Counted from the first letter of the stretch, positions 9,720 through 20,784 are shown. The stretch: DNA of 64,000 nt from an uncultured bacterium (GCA_964632485.1 CAZWDO010000005.1:146249-210248); one strand, 5' to 3'. The notes: generated by a model not told the origin, from the sequence alone. Program-made: numbers and translations.

Positions 9720-11127
9720 ATGTCAACCAGGCTCGCATATTTATGGATTCTGCTGGTTATGCTGGCGCCGGCTATTTTATTTGCTGAACCCTTTTCATTA
9801 AAGAACAGCAACTACACAGGCATCATGCGTAAAGCGAAAGATCCTGCCGTTTTAAAACACCGTTTGAACAAAGCGGTTCAAACTGCAACTTCGCCGACTG
9901 AATTTCAGCATTTTACAGTCAACCTTACCAATTTTTCTTCAGAGGCAGCCAGCGCGTTCCGCGCAGCAGTCCAGATTTGGGATCAACTCATTGAAACAGA
10001 TGTGTCCATCAACATTCAAGCCAGCCTCGAAACACTGGAGGAGGAGGATATACTGGGTCAATGCGGTCCCACCGAATTCATTATCAATCCTCCGGGCGCT
10101 CCATTCGCTAATACAGCCTATGCCATTCCTCAGGCAGAAATGATTTATGGCCGGGATATCAACGATCCATCCGAAGCGGACTTTGAAGCCCATTTCAACA
10201 ACACGGTTGACTGGTATTATGGACTGGACGGAAATCCGGGAAGCGGTCAATACGATTTTATTACCGTCGTCATCCATGAAATGTGCCACGGACTGGGATA
10301 TCTGCAATCGATCCGTCCGGTCAGTCGCGATGGATTTACTTATTATGGATTTTATGGATATTTACCTTCCTATGAAGATATCTCTGACTATTATGAAGTT
10401 GACGAACCCACCCTTTTCCCCTTTCCCTACGATCATTTTATTTACAATGGCAGCTACAATCGCCTGATTGATCTGACCAATCGCAGTACTGGTTGGGTTT
10501 TAGATCTGATTAGCGATAATATATACTGGATCGGCTCCAATGCCGGCACTATCAAACTTTACGCTCCGGCTACCTGGGAAAGCGGGTCCAGTCTCTTCCA
10601 TTATGATCTTAGATATCTGGCGGACAACTATCAAGGAAAGCGCTTCAACAGCCCGAACGACCTCGCCATNNNNNNNNNNNNNNNNNNNNNNNCTCTCCCA
10701 TTATGATCTTAGTTATCTGGCGTACAACTATCCAGGAATGATGTATGCCTATTATATCGATGTCGTGCATGAAGTTGACGACAAAGTAATCAATCAGATG
10801 AAGGACATGGGGTGGAAATTTTCGGCCGGCGCCACTCAATTGGCGAAAAAAGAAAGCTGCATGAATATTTACCCCAATCCATTCAATCAGTCCACTTCCA
10901 TCACCATCAAACCCGGGGAGAATCCGGCGGGCTGTGTGACGATTTATGATATTCAGGGCCGCCGAATCCGCAATTGGACATTAGATACAGAAACGGGCGG
11001 CAACGCGCATTCCTTCTCCTGGGACGGTAGAGACCGGAACGGAACTCCCGCCGCCGCTGGTATCTATCTCGTCCGGTACTCTTCCGACGCCACCGAGACA
11101 ACTCAGAAAATTACGCTTTTAAAATAG
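9720..11127 (+). CDS. Secreted zinc metallopeptidase with a C-terminal FlgD/T9SS-CTD-like Ig domain (one gene broken by an assembly gap)
   Basis: Signal peptide, VIHEMCHGLG (HExxH) and YAPATWESGSS before the gap. After the gap the frame continues to IYPNPFN...IYDIQGRRIR...WDGRD...GIYLVR...KITLLK. Confidence 0.78.
10670..10692. other. Assembly gap (N run)
   Basis: Run of N. The sequence on each side of it is partly duplicated. Confidence 0.98.
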
Positions 11128-11130
11128 GAG

Positions 11131-12522
11131 ATGACCATGAAAAAAATTCTTGTTTTCCTCGCTTTGATGCTCGGGTGCCTGGCAGGAATTGCCAACGCGG
11201 AGTTCAGGGGGGGATTCCAACTGGGCGTAAATTATGCGGGCGCCGACTATAGCAATGATTCAGCCTCCTTTATCACCGCCGAGAATAAACTGGGCGGCTT
11301 GGCCGGATTTTTAGCCGAATACCAATTGTCTCCCCGCTGGGCTATCCAGTTTCAATTTAATTATCAACAGAAAGGCATTGATTTCAAGAACCTGCCTTAT
11401 GATCTTTGGGGAACAATGGGCGGTCCTTATTTCGTGGCCGATCCGGACAGTAAAAGTGAATTGACTCTTGACTATTACACTATTCCCCTTTATGCTAAAT
11501 ATTATCTTACAACCGGGAAAAGCAAACCCTTTCTCTTTGCCGGACCAGAATTCACTATTCTGGGCACGGCTGAAGAAAAATATGATTATTCCGATCTTGC
11601 TTCTACTTATCCTTCGATTACCGGAGCTCTTCTCGATGGACAAACCTTTAATCAAAAATCTGTTACTAAAGACGATATGGCCGTCAATTTTGGCATTGGA
11701 TTGGAATATGCCCTCACTCCCCGCTGGAATTTTTTTGGTTCCGTGGGCTATTCATACGGACTGATCGATATTGCCAAAACGGATGATATCGATTATGCTA
11801 CCAACGGCATCCTGACTGCGGTAGGACTCACCTACTGTTTTACCTGCGGCGAACCGCAGGCGGTTGTCCAGATGCCTCAGGAAATAATACGCGATGTAAT
11901 CAAGGAATTCGATTTGGGCAAATATGACGTGCCTTTCTTTGTTTCCGGTTATTATCGACCCAATACAGCCAAAAATCTGGCTGAACTGCCGCAACTGAAA
12001 GCATCGCGCCTGAAAGACGCCGGGTATATTGAGGATATTACTCCTGGAACTCCCAAATATGAGGAATACAATACCTACGCAAAGACAGTGGACAATCTTT
12101 TTAATACGATTTATATCAATTGCGTGGACGAAATTTTCCCTTATTTTATCAATAACAGTTCACCGAATGAGATATTGGAAATCGCTATTTACGGCTACGC
12201 CGACCCCCGCCGACTGGAAGGCCGTTACCTGGAAAACGATCAGCTAACGTTTGAAAGTATGGACGGCGGTTATTATACGATCTATCCGGGAGATATTCTG
12301 ACCAATCTCCAATTATCGGGCCTGAGAGCGTATCATTCGGGGCAATTGCTGCAGCAGCTTTTTGAACGGGCCGCGGCCAGTAACAAAACGGAATACCAGT
12401 CGCTGATGCAAAATCAACGAATTCTGTTCCGATATATTGGAGCTGAAATTGCCAACGATGGACAAAGCTTAGTGGCTCAACGTCGCATTAAAATCGTACT
12501 GACGCGTCTGCGTCGCTCATGA
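11131..12522 (+). CDS. Outer-membrane beta-barrel (porin/PorT-like) protein with a divergent OmpA-like C-terminal domain
   Basis: Signal peptide and alternating beta-strands (NYQQKG, LDYYTIPL, PFLFAGPEF, YSYGLIDI). The C-terminus has GYADPR, NLQLSGLRA and QRRIKIVL. Confidence 0.72.
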   Translation: MTMKKILVFLALMLGCLAGIANAEFRGGFQLGVNYAGADYSNDSASFITAENKLGGLAGFLAEYQLSPRWAIQFQFNYQQKGIDFKNLPYDLWGTMGGPYFVADPDSKSELTLDYYTIPLYAKYYLTTGKSKPFLFAGPEFTILGTAEEKYDYSDLASTYPSITGALLDGQTFNQKSVTKDDMAVNFGIGLEYALTPRWNFFGSVGYSYGLIDIAKTDDIDYATNGILTAVGLTYCFTCGEPQAVVQMPQEIIRDVIKEFDLGKYDVPFFVSGYYRPNTAKNLAELPQLKASRLKDAGYIEDITPGTPKYEEYNTYAKTVDNLFNTIYINCVDEIFPYFINNSSPNEILEIAIYGYADPRRLEGRYLENDQLTFESMDGGYYTIYPGDILTNLQLSGLRAYHSGQLLQQLFERAAASNKTEYQSLMQNQRILFRYIGAEIANDGQSLVAQRRIKIVLTRLRRS

Positions 12523-13388
12523 ACAACCGTTGTTTTTTCGTCACGGACCTGCATGGCCATAAAGCCCGCTACCAAAGCCTTTGGCAAACTGTGGCTGAAG
12601 AACAACCCGGCCTGGTTTTACTGGGGGGAGATATGCTCCCTCCCCCGATCAAGGATAGCGGCAGCCTGTTTGTTCAAAGCGAACTTGTTCCCGCGCTTAT
12701 TTCTCTGCGGGATTTATTAAAAGACAACTATCCCCTGATCGGTCTCATTCCGGGGAATGATGATCCGAAAAGCGTGGAACCGGTCTTCCTGTCCCTGGAA
12801 AAACAGGGACTCCTCCATTACCTGCAGGAACGCGCCTTCCCCTGGCGCGGCTGGACGATCATCGGATTCAGTTATATCCCGCCTACCCCGTTTTTGTTGA
12901 AAGACTGGGAACGCTACGATATCAGCCGATATGCGCCCCCGGGGGCGATCCCTCCGGAAAACGGGATTTTTTCTATCGATACCGATCGGGAAGCGATTCC
13001 CTGGGAAACCCTGCGAGATCGATTGAAAACATTGTGGGGCCCATTACACAACTCCCCTGTTATTTTTCTGGCGCATGCCCCCCCTTATGATACTCCGCTG
13101 GACATCATCGACGTCCACGGAAAAACTATCGATCATGCGCCGATCGATGCGCATATCGGCAGCCTGGCAATTCGCGAAGCCATCGAAACCTTCCAGCCGG
13201 TAATTTCCCTCCATGGGCACGCCCATGAAAGCGCGCAACTATCCGGGCAATGGATGTTCCAGATTGGACAATCCCTGGCGATCAACGGCGCTCATGATGG
13301 TCCGGAACTATCATTAGTGCGCTTCAAGCTGGACCTGGATACGAACTCGATTACACGAGAGCTGATTTCCCCATTGATTTCAACTTGA
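12519..13388 (+). CDS. Metallophosphoesterase (calcineurin-like)
   Basis: Motifs DLHG, GGD, GNDD, HAPP and LHGHAHE. Confidence 0.9.
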   Translation: MNNRCFFVTDLHGHKARYQSLWQTVAEEQPGLVLLGGDMLPPPIKDSGSLFVQSELVPALISLRDLLKDNYPLIGLIPGNDDPKSVEPVFLSLEKQGLLHYLQERAFPWRGWTIIGFSYIPPTPFLLKDWERYDISRYAPPGAIPPENGIFSIDTDREAIPWETLRDRLKTLWGPLHNSPVIFLAHAPPYDTPLDIIDVHGKTIDHAPIDAHIGSLAIREAIETFQPVISLHGHAHESAQLSGQWMFQIGQSLAINGAHDGPELSLVRFKLDLDTNSITRELISPLIST

Positions 13389-13437
13389 CAGCTTAAAGAG
13401 ATTCAACCGTACAATTCCTTAAAAAATTCTCAATTAT

Positions 13438-13530
13438 AGGGTGGGAATCCCTTTAGCGCGCCGGAAGGAATGCGCTGCTGTTTTCATCGATTCGCGAATG
13501 GTAATCGCGTGATGCGGCCCCTCTTTTTTT
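13438..13530 (+). ncRNA. Candidate small structured RNA of unknown family
   Basis: Three consecutive hairpins followed by a T run, downstream of TTGACA-N19-TACAAT, between convergent genes. Confidence 0.3.
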
Positions 13531-13535
13531 CCGCT

Positions 13536-16167
13536 TTAAATGTCAAGCCAGTAGGAAAATTTTAGCAGAAAAATATTTTCCGGATAACGGCCGAACAGGT
13601 CATCCATATTTCTAACCATATTGAAACGGGGAAAAGAAGACTCGGCATGGCGTCCCTGGGACCAAACCAGATACAAGACAGATCCGGAACGGTACTCCCA
13701 TCGGATGATCAGATTCGAACAAAATTCCTGAAAATTAAAATCAGGAGATTCAGACTGGTATTCAATAATNNNNNNNNNNCTGGTCCCGGTTTTCATCGAT
13801 CTTGATTTCTTCATTGGATTGACTGAACTGATCTGAAGCAAATAGGGTATAGCGTTGTGAATATTTATCGGCTCGGGCGGAAACGACCCGTTTAAACCGA
13901 TCATATTCAGCGGCGGAGACAAATGGTTGCCCATAGAATTGGATGGAAAGATTTGGAGTCAGATAGCAATTCAGTTTTAACGTCAGTCGGAGGGTATTTT
14001 GGTTGATCCGGCCCAACAGATACGCCGATTCCCCCAGATAATCATACGTATCGACATATTGCATATCATCAATATTTTTAGTATAGGAACCCTCGGCGCT
14101 CAAGGTCAAAGCTCGTTTCGGCCGCCATGTCATCTCCATCGCCAATTCGCGAAACAGCGATATCTGGTCGCTGCTCCACCAATTAACCCATTCGGCGGAG
14201 AATAGCCAGGATTTCCGTTCATCGGTATTAACGGCAACCCAATAATGATAATTATCATCATAACGCAAAGAGGGGCCGCCCCTTAGCGCGCTGGCGGAAA
14301 AACCGTCCGCATCCAGATTCAATCCTCCGGACAGGCCGCAATAATTTTTAAAAGTGAGATTGAAATTGATATTACCGCCCAAATTCAACCAATCGATACC
14401 AAATGTAGAAGAACGCCATTGATTAAAATTCATATTAACGCTTTGAAAGATACTCCATGGCGTCCACCAGCGAAACCCCGCCCAGATATATTCCATAATA
14501 TAATCCGCTTGTCGGGTGTATCCCAGATCATTAGTTTCAAATCCCGGGGAGCGCCATAAGGTTCCAAGCATATAGCGCCAATGGCCGCCGTTCAGTTTAC
14601 CGACCAGAATATTGCCGCCATGCCCGCTTAAAGTGGTACGGGTTGTGTCCAATTCCTTATAGTCCGCATCAGGGCGTTGAAAATAACGAAGGGAAGATTC
14701 CTGCAGTTCCCGGATCGATTCCTCGGAACCGCGCACATGGCTGAACGCGCTGGTCAAATTGAATTGCCAATTTTTCTGGTTCCAGAAATGATTGAAATCA
14801 AGCCCGCCGGTATAGGCCTCACGGTGTAAAAAATCTAATTCATCGGTTTCAATACGGCGATTAACGGCGGTAATCATTCCACCCACACGAGTAGTTCCTT
14901 TGTTATGCTCATATAAGGTTCTGGCGGCAAAATAATTAGTTAGGGGTTCCACGATAATCTTACGACGATCATGAGAAGATGCAATAGTTGCCGACTCTTC
15001 GGCTGTAACGGCGTCCACTATTCCCACGGAAAATCCATTCCGGGTTTTACCGCTCAGTTTGCAGGCCCCGATAATAGAGGTCTGCTGAACTTCATTCAGG
15101 TATTCCTCATCTTCTAAATCTGGGTCATAATGAGGCGATCGACCGATGCGCCGCGAATAAAAAAGCTGATCATTGGAAAAACCGCCGTCCCCCGTCATCA
15201 ATCGAAAGCTGAAAATATCCTGTCCTTCAATAAAAAAGGGTCTTTTTTCCGGGAAAAAGGTTTCAAATCCCGTTAGATTGACTTCCGAGGGATCGGCTTC
15301 CACCTGGCCGAAATCGGGATGGATCGTCCAATCCAACATAAAATTGCTGCTCAACCCGATTTTTCCGTCCAATCCCATACTGAGATGGCGGTTCCATTTG
15401 TCAACAAGCGGATTGCCAGGTTCCGGCCAATTGTTCTGAACCGATGATGAGAGATAGGGCATAATTTCAATTTGCCGGGGGGCAATAATATTTTCAAGTC
15501 CATGCAATTCGCCATAATAAGCGATACCCTGCGTGGTTTCCTTGGGGATTAGACGCCAACAGGACAGCTCCTGTTTGCGTTGAATAAACCGATACAACTC
15601 CAATCCCCATATCTGCTGAGACTTTTCATGAAAACGCAATTGGCTGAAAGGGATACGCATTTCCGCCGTCCATCCGTCGGCATGAATGGAGGTTTTTGCA
15701 TCCCAAATCGCATCCCAGTTTCTTTCAAATGTCTCGCCGCCTTTGGAAGTTATCCCGTCACATTTTACTCCGGCGGCGTTGACATAAAACTCAAAAGACC
15801 GCTGGTGATCGGCAAAACAATCGAAGCAGATCCCAACGACATCACCCATTTCTTCTTCATCCCTCCGCACGATCCGCTGGTCGATTCGACCGGGAATGCT
15901 ATCCCGGGCTTCTATTGCAATGTAAAGATTATCCGGGTCATAGCAGATTTTAAAACGGGTGACCTCACTGGCAGGCTCTCCCTCCTTAGGTTGCATCTGA
16001 GCAAAATCGACGCCCCATTCAATTTTACTCCATACCATCTCCTCCAGATACCCATCAATGACCGGTGGATGAGGATTAACCGGGATAGTCCGATAGATTT
16101 TATTTTCAAGTGAAAACGAATTACCCGTTAATATAACTAAACATACTAAAAATTGGATCCGATTCAT
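13536..16167 (-). CDS. CBM9-like / DUF5916 outer-membrane protein (spans a 10-N gap)
   Basis: Motifs PVIDGYLEE, WDAIWDAKT, WTAEMRIPFSQLRF, HPDFGQVEADP and ETFFPEKRPFFIEG. The C-terminus (IRWEYRSGSVLYLVWSQ...FLLKFSYW) follows the gap at 13770-13779. Confidence 0.88.
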
Positions 16168-16196
16168 ATAACGCTCCTGAACGGTTTCTCAAAAAA

Positions 16197-16222
16197 TACG
16201 GATAACTGATCGTAAAGTTTCC
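16197..16222 (-). promoter_or_regulatory. Possible ECF-sigma promoter for the DUF5916 gene
   Basis: Minus strand reads GGAAAC-N16-CGTA, about 30 nt upstream of the ATG. Confidence 0.4.
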
Positions 16223-16402
16223 TTTTATTGATAGACCGGCGAATATTTTGGTCTCATTTTCCGTATCCATCAAGCAAAATCAATTTTTCATCTCGAAAAA
16301 TAGAATAAACTCTGAGAAACGCTATCGAAAACGCTGAAGGGTATGCGCTTAACCGATCCATCCTAGTTAATACGGCCCATCGCAACGAACCGGACACAGC
16401 GA

Positions 16403-19099
16403 TTATTCTTCTGGAGTAAGGACCACTCGGAATCCGCAGTAACCGGCCGGAGCTCTCCATTCCCACCATAGCCCGGCTTCTCCGGTACTCTGGGCATGCT
16501 GACCCCAAAGAACCAATTGGCCGGCTTTATCATACCCCCATTCACTGACATTGACCTGCAAATCATAAATACCATCAGGAGTCGGAGCAAACTCGCCAAC
16601 GTTCTTCACGAGATCAAGTTGACCGATATAAGGACTCAGTTCTTTTTTTTCAAGAGGATTAGGAGCGCCACCCAACCAATAGGCTAATGTATTTTCATTG
16701 GAAGGATTGGCTTGCGCAAATAGTTTTTCGTAAATAGCGGCATTGGGCAAACTATAGGTTTTAGAGGTTATACGGCTTAACCACCTGCAATAGTCGATGG
16801 CCATCATATCATTGATTCCGGTAGCGGGACGATTGGGAGAATCAACTGCCAACAGGGAATATTTTCCTTCGCTGCGTGCCGCGAATTCATTCCATTGGGC
16901 CACGGTAATTTCAAAAACCGAAACGGTCAGGGAATCCACAACTTTCATTTGAGGCGTTAAAATATCGTGGTCTAATACGCCATATTTCCCATGCGTCTGT
17001 TTGATCTCTCTGGTTTTTTTTACCAGATTAGCGAGGGGTAAATTAACGGAAACCCAGCCTGGTAAGTCACCTTGAATTTCATTTTTCCAAAAATAGCGAT
17101 CCAACCAGCCAATTTCTTCCTGCATTTTGCGTTTTTGATGGATTTTATTTTGAAAACTATGGGGTTCACCGGGAAATTGAATAAACCGAACCGGCGCTTT
17201 GCCGATCTGTTGTAACGCGCGGTAATGTTCCACCCCTTGTTCCGGCGGCACATTAATATCATCATCGCCAAAAAAAATTATGGTCGGCGTGATGACGCGC
17301 TCCATATTAAACAAGGGGGATTTAGCTATATAATGATCCAAATTATCCCACGGCGCTCCGCCAAAATAAAGCTGATCAAAACTGACCCCAATGCTGCAAT
17401 TGCCATAATCGGAAATCCAGTTGACATCTCCCGCGCCGCAACACGCAACGGTAAATCGGGAAGGATATTCAACAATCAAACCGATCGACAGGATTGAACC
17501 ATTACTCCAGCCCATAGTACCCACCTGCTGCGGGTCCACTAATCCCCGGTTAATCAGAGTATCTATCCCACTCATCATATCCGGAATTTCGAGTTCATAG
17601 TATTTATTATAAATCGCTTCGGCGAATTCCAGCCCATAGTTGGAACTGCCTGTATAATTGATAAACAGCGCAAAAGTTTGGCGTTGCGCTAAGTAATGAG
17701 GATAATATGCCCAATCCTGTGTAAAACGGTCCAAATCGACGCCAAACGGCCCTCCATGAATATTCAACAACAGCGGATATTTCTGTCCAGTCCGGTAATC
17801 GGTGGGGTAATAAAGAATTCCTTCGATCGTACGGCCTTGTTCCGATTGCCAGCGCACAATTTCCCGTTTGGCAAGTTTTTTCCCCTTTAAGGACGGATGC
17901 AGGTGATATACAGGCTTAAGAGGCTTGATCATGGAGCCATCGATGCGGCCAACATACAGGCAGGGTAGATCCTGGGCAGTCGATGTGATATATAATACCA
18001 GATTCCCCCGTTCCGCTAAATCGATCATTTCAAGGTGATCGGCAGGTTCACCCTTTAGTCTTTGAGCTTTTCCAGCCTGAATCCAACATGCTCGATTTAA
18101 GGCGCCATCCGCTAAAAAAGTCAAAATTCCATTACGATTGAGGGCATAAGGGGTATAATAATTTTCACCGATCCCCCACGGATGGTTTAAAGCTATTTGG
18201 CGCGGTTGGCGTGACACAATGTCAAACTGAAAAATTCGGGTCAATCCTCTGCCCTGCTTCGATTCAAAATTTGAGCTATCTTCCAAAAAATAGAGTACAG
18301 GCGATGTGAACGACCACTGAAAGCGATAAGGTTGAAATGTAGTCTCGCGAAAAAGTGTGTCGATGGCCAATGTTTGATAATTCAGCAGATAATAATGGGG
18401 GAAAACTGATAAATCATTACCGTAACGAGGGGAATCAAAGCATTTCATGATAATTTGAGGAGAAGCGGGCGCAACGGCAAACTCCTGAATTTTCTCATGC
18501 AGGTCAGTCAAGCGAACTGTTTTTTTCTTTGTTAAATTAAAACGATACAAATGATGAGGAAAAAACGTCAAACTATCTTCAAACACAATGGCATCGTCAC
18601 CCGTTTTCTTCAACAATTCCGTCTGGCGTTTATTTTCTGCCCCGAGGATGATCAAATCATCCATACCAGCCCAGGCAAATTTATAAAACGGCGTTTCCAA
18701 ACTTAACACTTTTTCCAACCCGCCGAAAGGAATCCGATACCGATAAAACTCCGTTTTATCCTCAATTTTACGGGCAATAATAAACTCTTTTTCAGTGGGA
18801 CTAAATTCCGCTTGAACCACATCCCAATCCGCTGGGGCGATCAATAGCGGCTCATCCTGCGATTCCCAGGCCATAAAATAGAGGTGGCCTTCCCTCAGAT
18901 GGGTTGTCTCTGAAAACTGCTGATTAATATAGAGCAGATAATGGCCATTCGCCGAAATTCTCAGATGTGTAATCTCATCCATCGACAGGATATCGTCGAT
19001 ACTTAATGTATCGGGTTGCAGTTGAGCTATCAATCCACTGGCAAACATGATTAAAATCGAAAAAACAATCAAACGGGTTAAAAAACCATACCAACACAT
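16403..19099 (-). CDS. S9 family (DAP2/acylaminoacyl) peptidase with a C-terminal FGE-sulfatase/C-lectin-fold domain
   Basis: Signal peptide, beta-propeller region, IHGGP, GWSNG (Ser), DINVP (Asp) and GEPH (His). The tail has FEITVAQW, YCRWLS, YSLP, IYDLQVNVSEW and GFRVV. Confidence 0.88.
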   Translation of the reverse strand: MCWYGFLTRLIVFSILIMFASGLIAQLQPDTLSIDDILSMDEITHLRISANGHYLLYINQQFSETTHLREGHLYFMAWESQDEPLLIAPADWDVVQAEFSPTEKEFIIARKIEDKTEFYRYRIPFGGLEKVLSLETPFYKFAWAGMDDLIILGAENKRQTELLKKTGDDAIVFEDSLTFFPHHLYRFNLTKKKTVRLTDLHEKIQEFAVAPASPQIIMKCFDSPRYGNDLSVFPHYYLLNYQTLAIDTLFRETTFQPYRFQWSFTSPVLYFLEDSSNFESKQGRGLTRIFQFDIVSRQPRQIALNHPWGIGENYYTPYALNRNGILTFLADGALNRACWIQAGKAQRLKGEPADHLEMIDLAERGNLVLYITSTAQDLPCLYVGRIDGSMIKPLKPVYHLHPSLKGKKLAKREIVRWQSEQGRTIEGILYYPTDYRTGQKYPLLLNIHGGPFGVDLDRFTQDWAYYPHYLAQRQTFALFINYTGSSNYGLEFAEAIYNKYYELEIPDMMSGIDTLINRGLVDPQQVGTMGWSNGSILSIGLIVEYPSRFTVACCGAGDVNWISDYGNCSIGVSFDQLYFGGAPWDNLDHYIAKSPLFNMERVITPTIIFFGDDDINVPPEQGVEHYRALQQIGKAPVRFIQFPGEPHSFQNKIHQKRKMQEEIGWLDRYFWKNEIQGDLPGWVSVNLPLANLVKKTREIKQTHGKYGVLDHDILTPQMKVVDSLTVSVFEITVAQWNEFAARSEGKYSLLAVDSPNRPATGINDMMAIDYCRWLSRITSKTYSLPNAAIYEKLFAQANPSNENTLAYWLGGAPNPLEKKELSPYIGQLDLVKNVGEFAPTPDGIYDLQVNVSEWGYDKAGQLVLWGQHAQSTGEAGLWWEWRAPAGYCGFRVVLTPEE

Positions 19100-19168
19100 A
19101 AACGACTCCTTCTGGGCGTATTGACCCGGGAATAGTATAGCAAAAAATCCGCCGGCGAATGTAAATAC

Positions 19169-19486
19169 TTACACCAACGGGGAAATGACCTGAATAAGGG
19201 ATTCATAAGGCAATGCGCCGGACTGACGCCAGACGATTTTCCCCTGTTTAAAAATTATCAGCGTCGGGATGCCCTGAATTTCATAATGGGCGGCAATTTC
19301 CGGTTTTTGATCCACATTGACTTTAACAACCCGCAATCGACCCGTGAATTCTTGGGCAATGCGCTGAACAATCGGGCTGACCATACGGCAGGGGCCGCAC
19401 CATTCAGCCCAAAAATCAACCAGCACCGGGAGTTCAGAACTCTGAAGCATTTGAAAGAAAGAGGGCGGTAAATTGGAACTACTCAT
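19169..19486 (-). CDS. trxA: Thioredoxin
   Basis: Motifs VLVDFWAEWCGPC and IQGIPTL. An AAGGAG RBS precedes ATG 19486. Confidence 0.95.
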   Translation of the reverse strand: MSSSNLPPSFFQMLQSSELPVLVDFWAEWCGPCRMVSPIVQRIAQEFTGRLRVVKVNVDQKPEIAAHYEIQGIPTLIIFKQGKIVWRQSGALPYESLIQVISPLV

Positions 19487-19685
19487 TGTATCTCCTTTAT
19501 TAAAAGTTACGCTTCTATAATAAAAATACAAGGTACTATAATAAATTTTTCCGGAAAATGCAAGTCTGAGTATCTCCCATAATCTGCGGCATGAAACATC
19601 AATCATAACTTTTTTAAAACGATCGAATTTTTCAACATTTCAATTGTCTGCAATCCGATATGGATTGTTATTTCAATAAAAGCCC

Positions 19686-19724
19686 AAAAAAAAGGGGACA
19701 ATCCCGTTAAGGAGTGTCCCCTTT
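19686..19724 (-). terminator. Intrinsic terminator of the TBDR-PorV operon
   Basis: Stem AAAGGGGACA/TGTCCCCTTT followed by a U tract on the minus strand. Confidence 0.8.
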
Positions 19725-19752
19725 GGTTATTTATGGTAACCAGTAGGAGGTT

Positions 19753-20769
19753 CTAAAAGAGAAATTTAAAAGTGAAACGATGGGCTTGTTCGAGAAGGCC
19801 GAGGTCAGTATATGCATAATCTAACGACATGGCGTAGGGCATGGAACGGAAGCGATAATGGAGTCCGCCACCGAAATTGAGGCCGTTACTCTCTTCATAT
19901 TGCGGATTGTAGCCGATCCGCAGAAACGCCATATCGATAAAATTAAGTTCAGTTCCCACGAGAAAACGGCTGACCTGATCGTTTTCATCGATAAAATCGG
20001 AGGTAGCCGTCAGTTTCATCCGTTCAGCGGACCAGACATCCAGGGCGAATCCAATCTGAAATGTAAACGGGATATTCCAGTCTTTGGTATCGAGATTGTA
20101 TGGCACATCATCGGGAGATGCCGGCGCTCCACTGGAGTGTTGGGTTTTGCCTTTGATGTCGGGACCACTCATGCGGGTTTTACCGGCAAGATTTTTGACT
20201 GCCATCCCAATACGTAATTTTTCAAAGGGAGTATTATACTGGCAACCGATATCCAAGCCCATGACATTGGCGTATGAGTTGTAAATCTTTTCCTGCAATA
20301 ATTTGGCCTGGGCGCCAAACGCGAACCGATCGGTCAGGAATCGCGCATAAGAAATGCCGATGGCCAGATCGCTGGCGTTGAATTTAATATTGCCCTCACC
20401 CGATGGGTTTTCCGGTGTTGTCAATTCCATTTCACCCATGGAAAAATAGCTAAAATTGAGGCCGAAGGTTCCCAGTTTACTGAAATTATAAACTGCGGCC
20501 ACGGAATTCATCTGCATATCCGCAATCCAGTCCATGCTGGAAAGGAGGAACTGGCCGCCCTTAATGCCGGCTATACCCGCCGGATTGTAGTAAATGGCCG
20601 AAATATCACGGATCATGGCAACGCCGGCGCCACCTAAGGCGGCTCCGCGGGCATCGACCGGGATTTTCATGAATGCCATGGATGCTGTGCCCCGGTTATC
20701 AAATTCACCGGCAAAGCCTGTAACAGCCAGCAGGCACAAAACAAGGGATATAAGTAAAAATTTTTTCAT
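19753..20769 (-). CDS. PorV/PorQ family outer-membrane protein
   Basis: FMKIPVDARGAALGGA, IYYNPAG, and the C-terminal DYAYTDLGLLEQAHRFTF. Confidence 0.85.
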   Translation of the reverse strand: MKKFLLISLVLCLLAVTGFAGEFDNRGTASMAFMKIPVDARGAALGGAGVAMIRDISAIYYNPAGIAGIKGGQFLLSSMDWIADMQMNSVAAVYNFSKLGTFGLNFSYFSMGEMELTTPENPSGEGNIKFNASDLAIGISYARFLTDRFAFGAQAKLLQEKIYNSYANVMGLDIGCQYNTPFEKLRIGMAVKNLAGKTRMSGPDIKGKTQHSSGAPASPDDVPYNLDTKDWNIPFTFQIGFALDVWSAERMKLTATSDFIDENDQVSRFLVGTELNFIDMAFLRIGYNPQYEESNGLNFGGGLHYRFRSMPYAMSLDYAYTDLGLLEQAHRFTFKFLF

Positions 20770-20784
20770 GTCGTTTCTCCTGTC

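Noticed and set aside
10593..10740. About 46-bp near-duplicate (CTCTTCCATTATGATCTTAGATATCTGGCGGACAACTATCAAGGAA vs CTCTCCCATTATGATCTTAGTTATCTGGCGTACAACTATCCAGGAA), considered as a DGR-like TR/VR pair or internal repeat
   Set aside because: The copies flank an N gap and the mismatches are not adenine-specific (T/C and G/T are included). An error-prone contig end overlapping the next contig explains it best.
13455..13480. SRP (4.5S) RNA, suggested by CCGGAAGGAA
   Set aside because: It lacks the conserved CAGG...AGCA symmetric loop and the long rod structure. Kept only as an unknown RNA candidate.
13536..13934. Separate ORFs or frameshifts in the DUF5916 gene (likewise 34581-34769 for the lipoprotein)
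   Set aside because: The breaks coincide with N gaps of arbitrary length, so each was treated as a single gene rather than a pseudogene or programmed frameshift.
16403..16560. DGR variable region at the end of the FGE-like domain
   Set aside because: No template repeat and no reverse transcriptase in the window.
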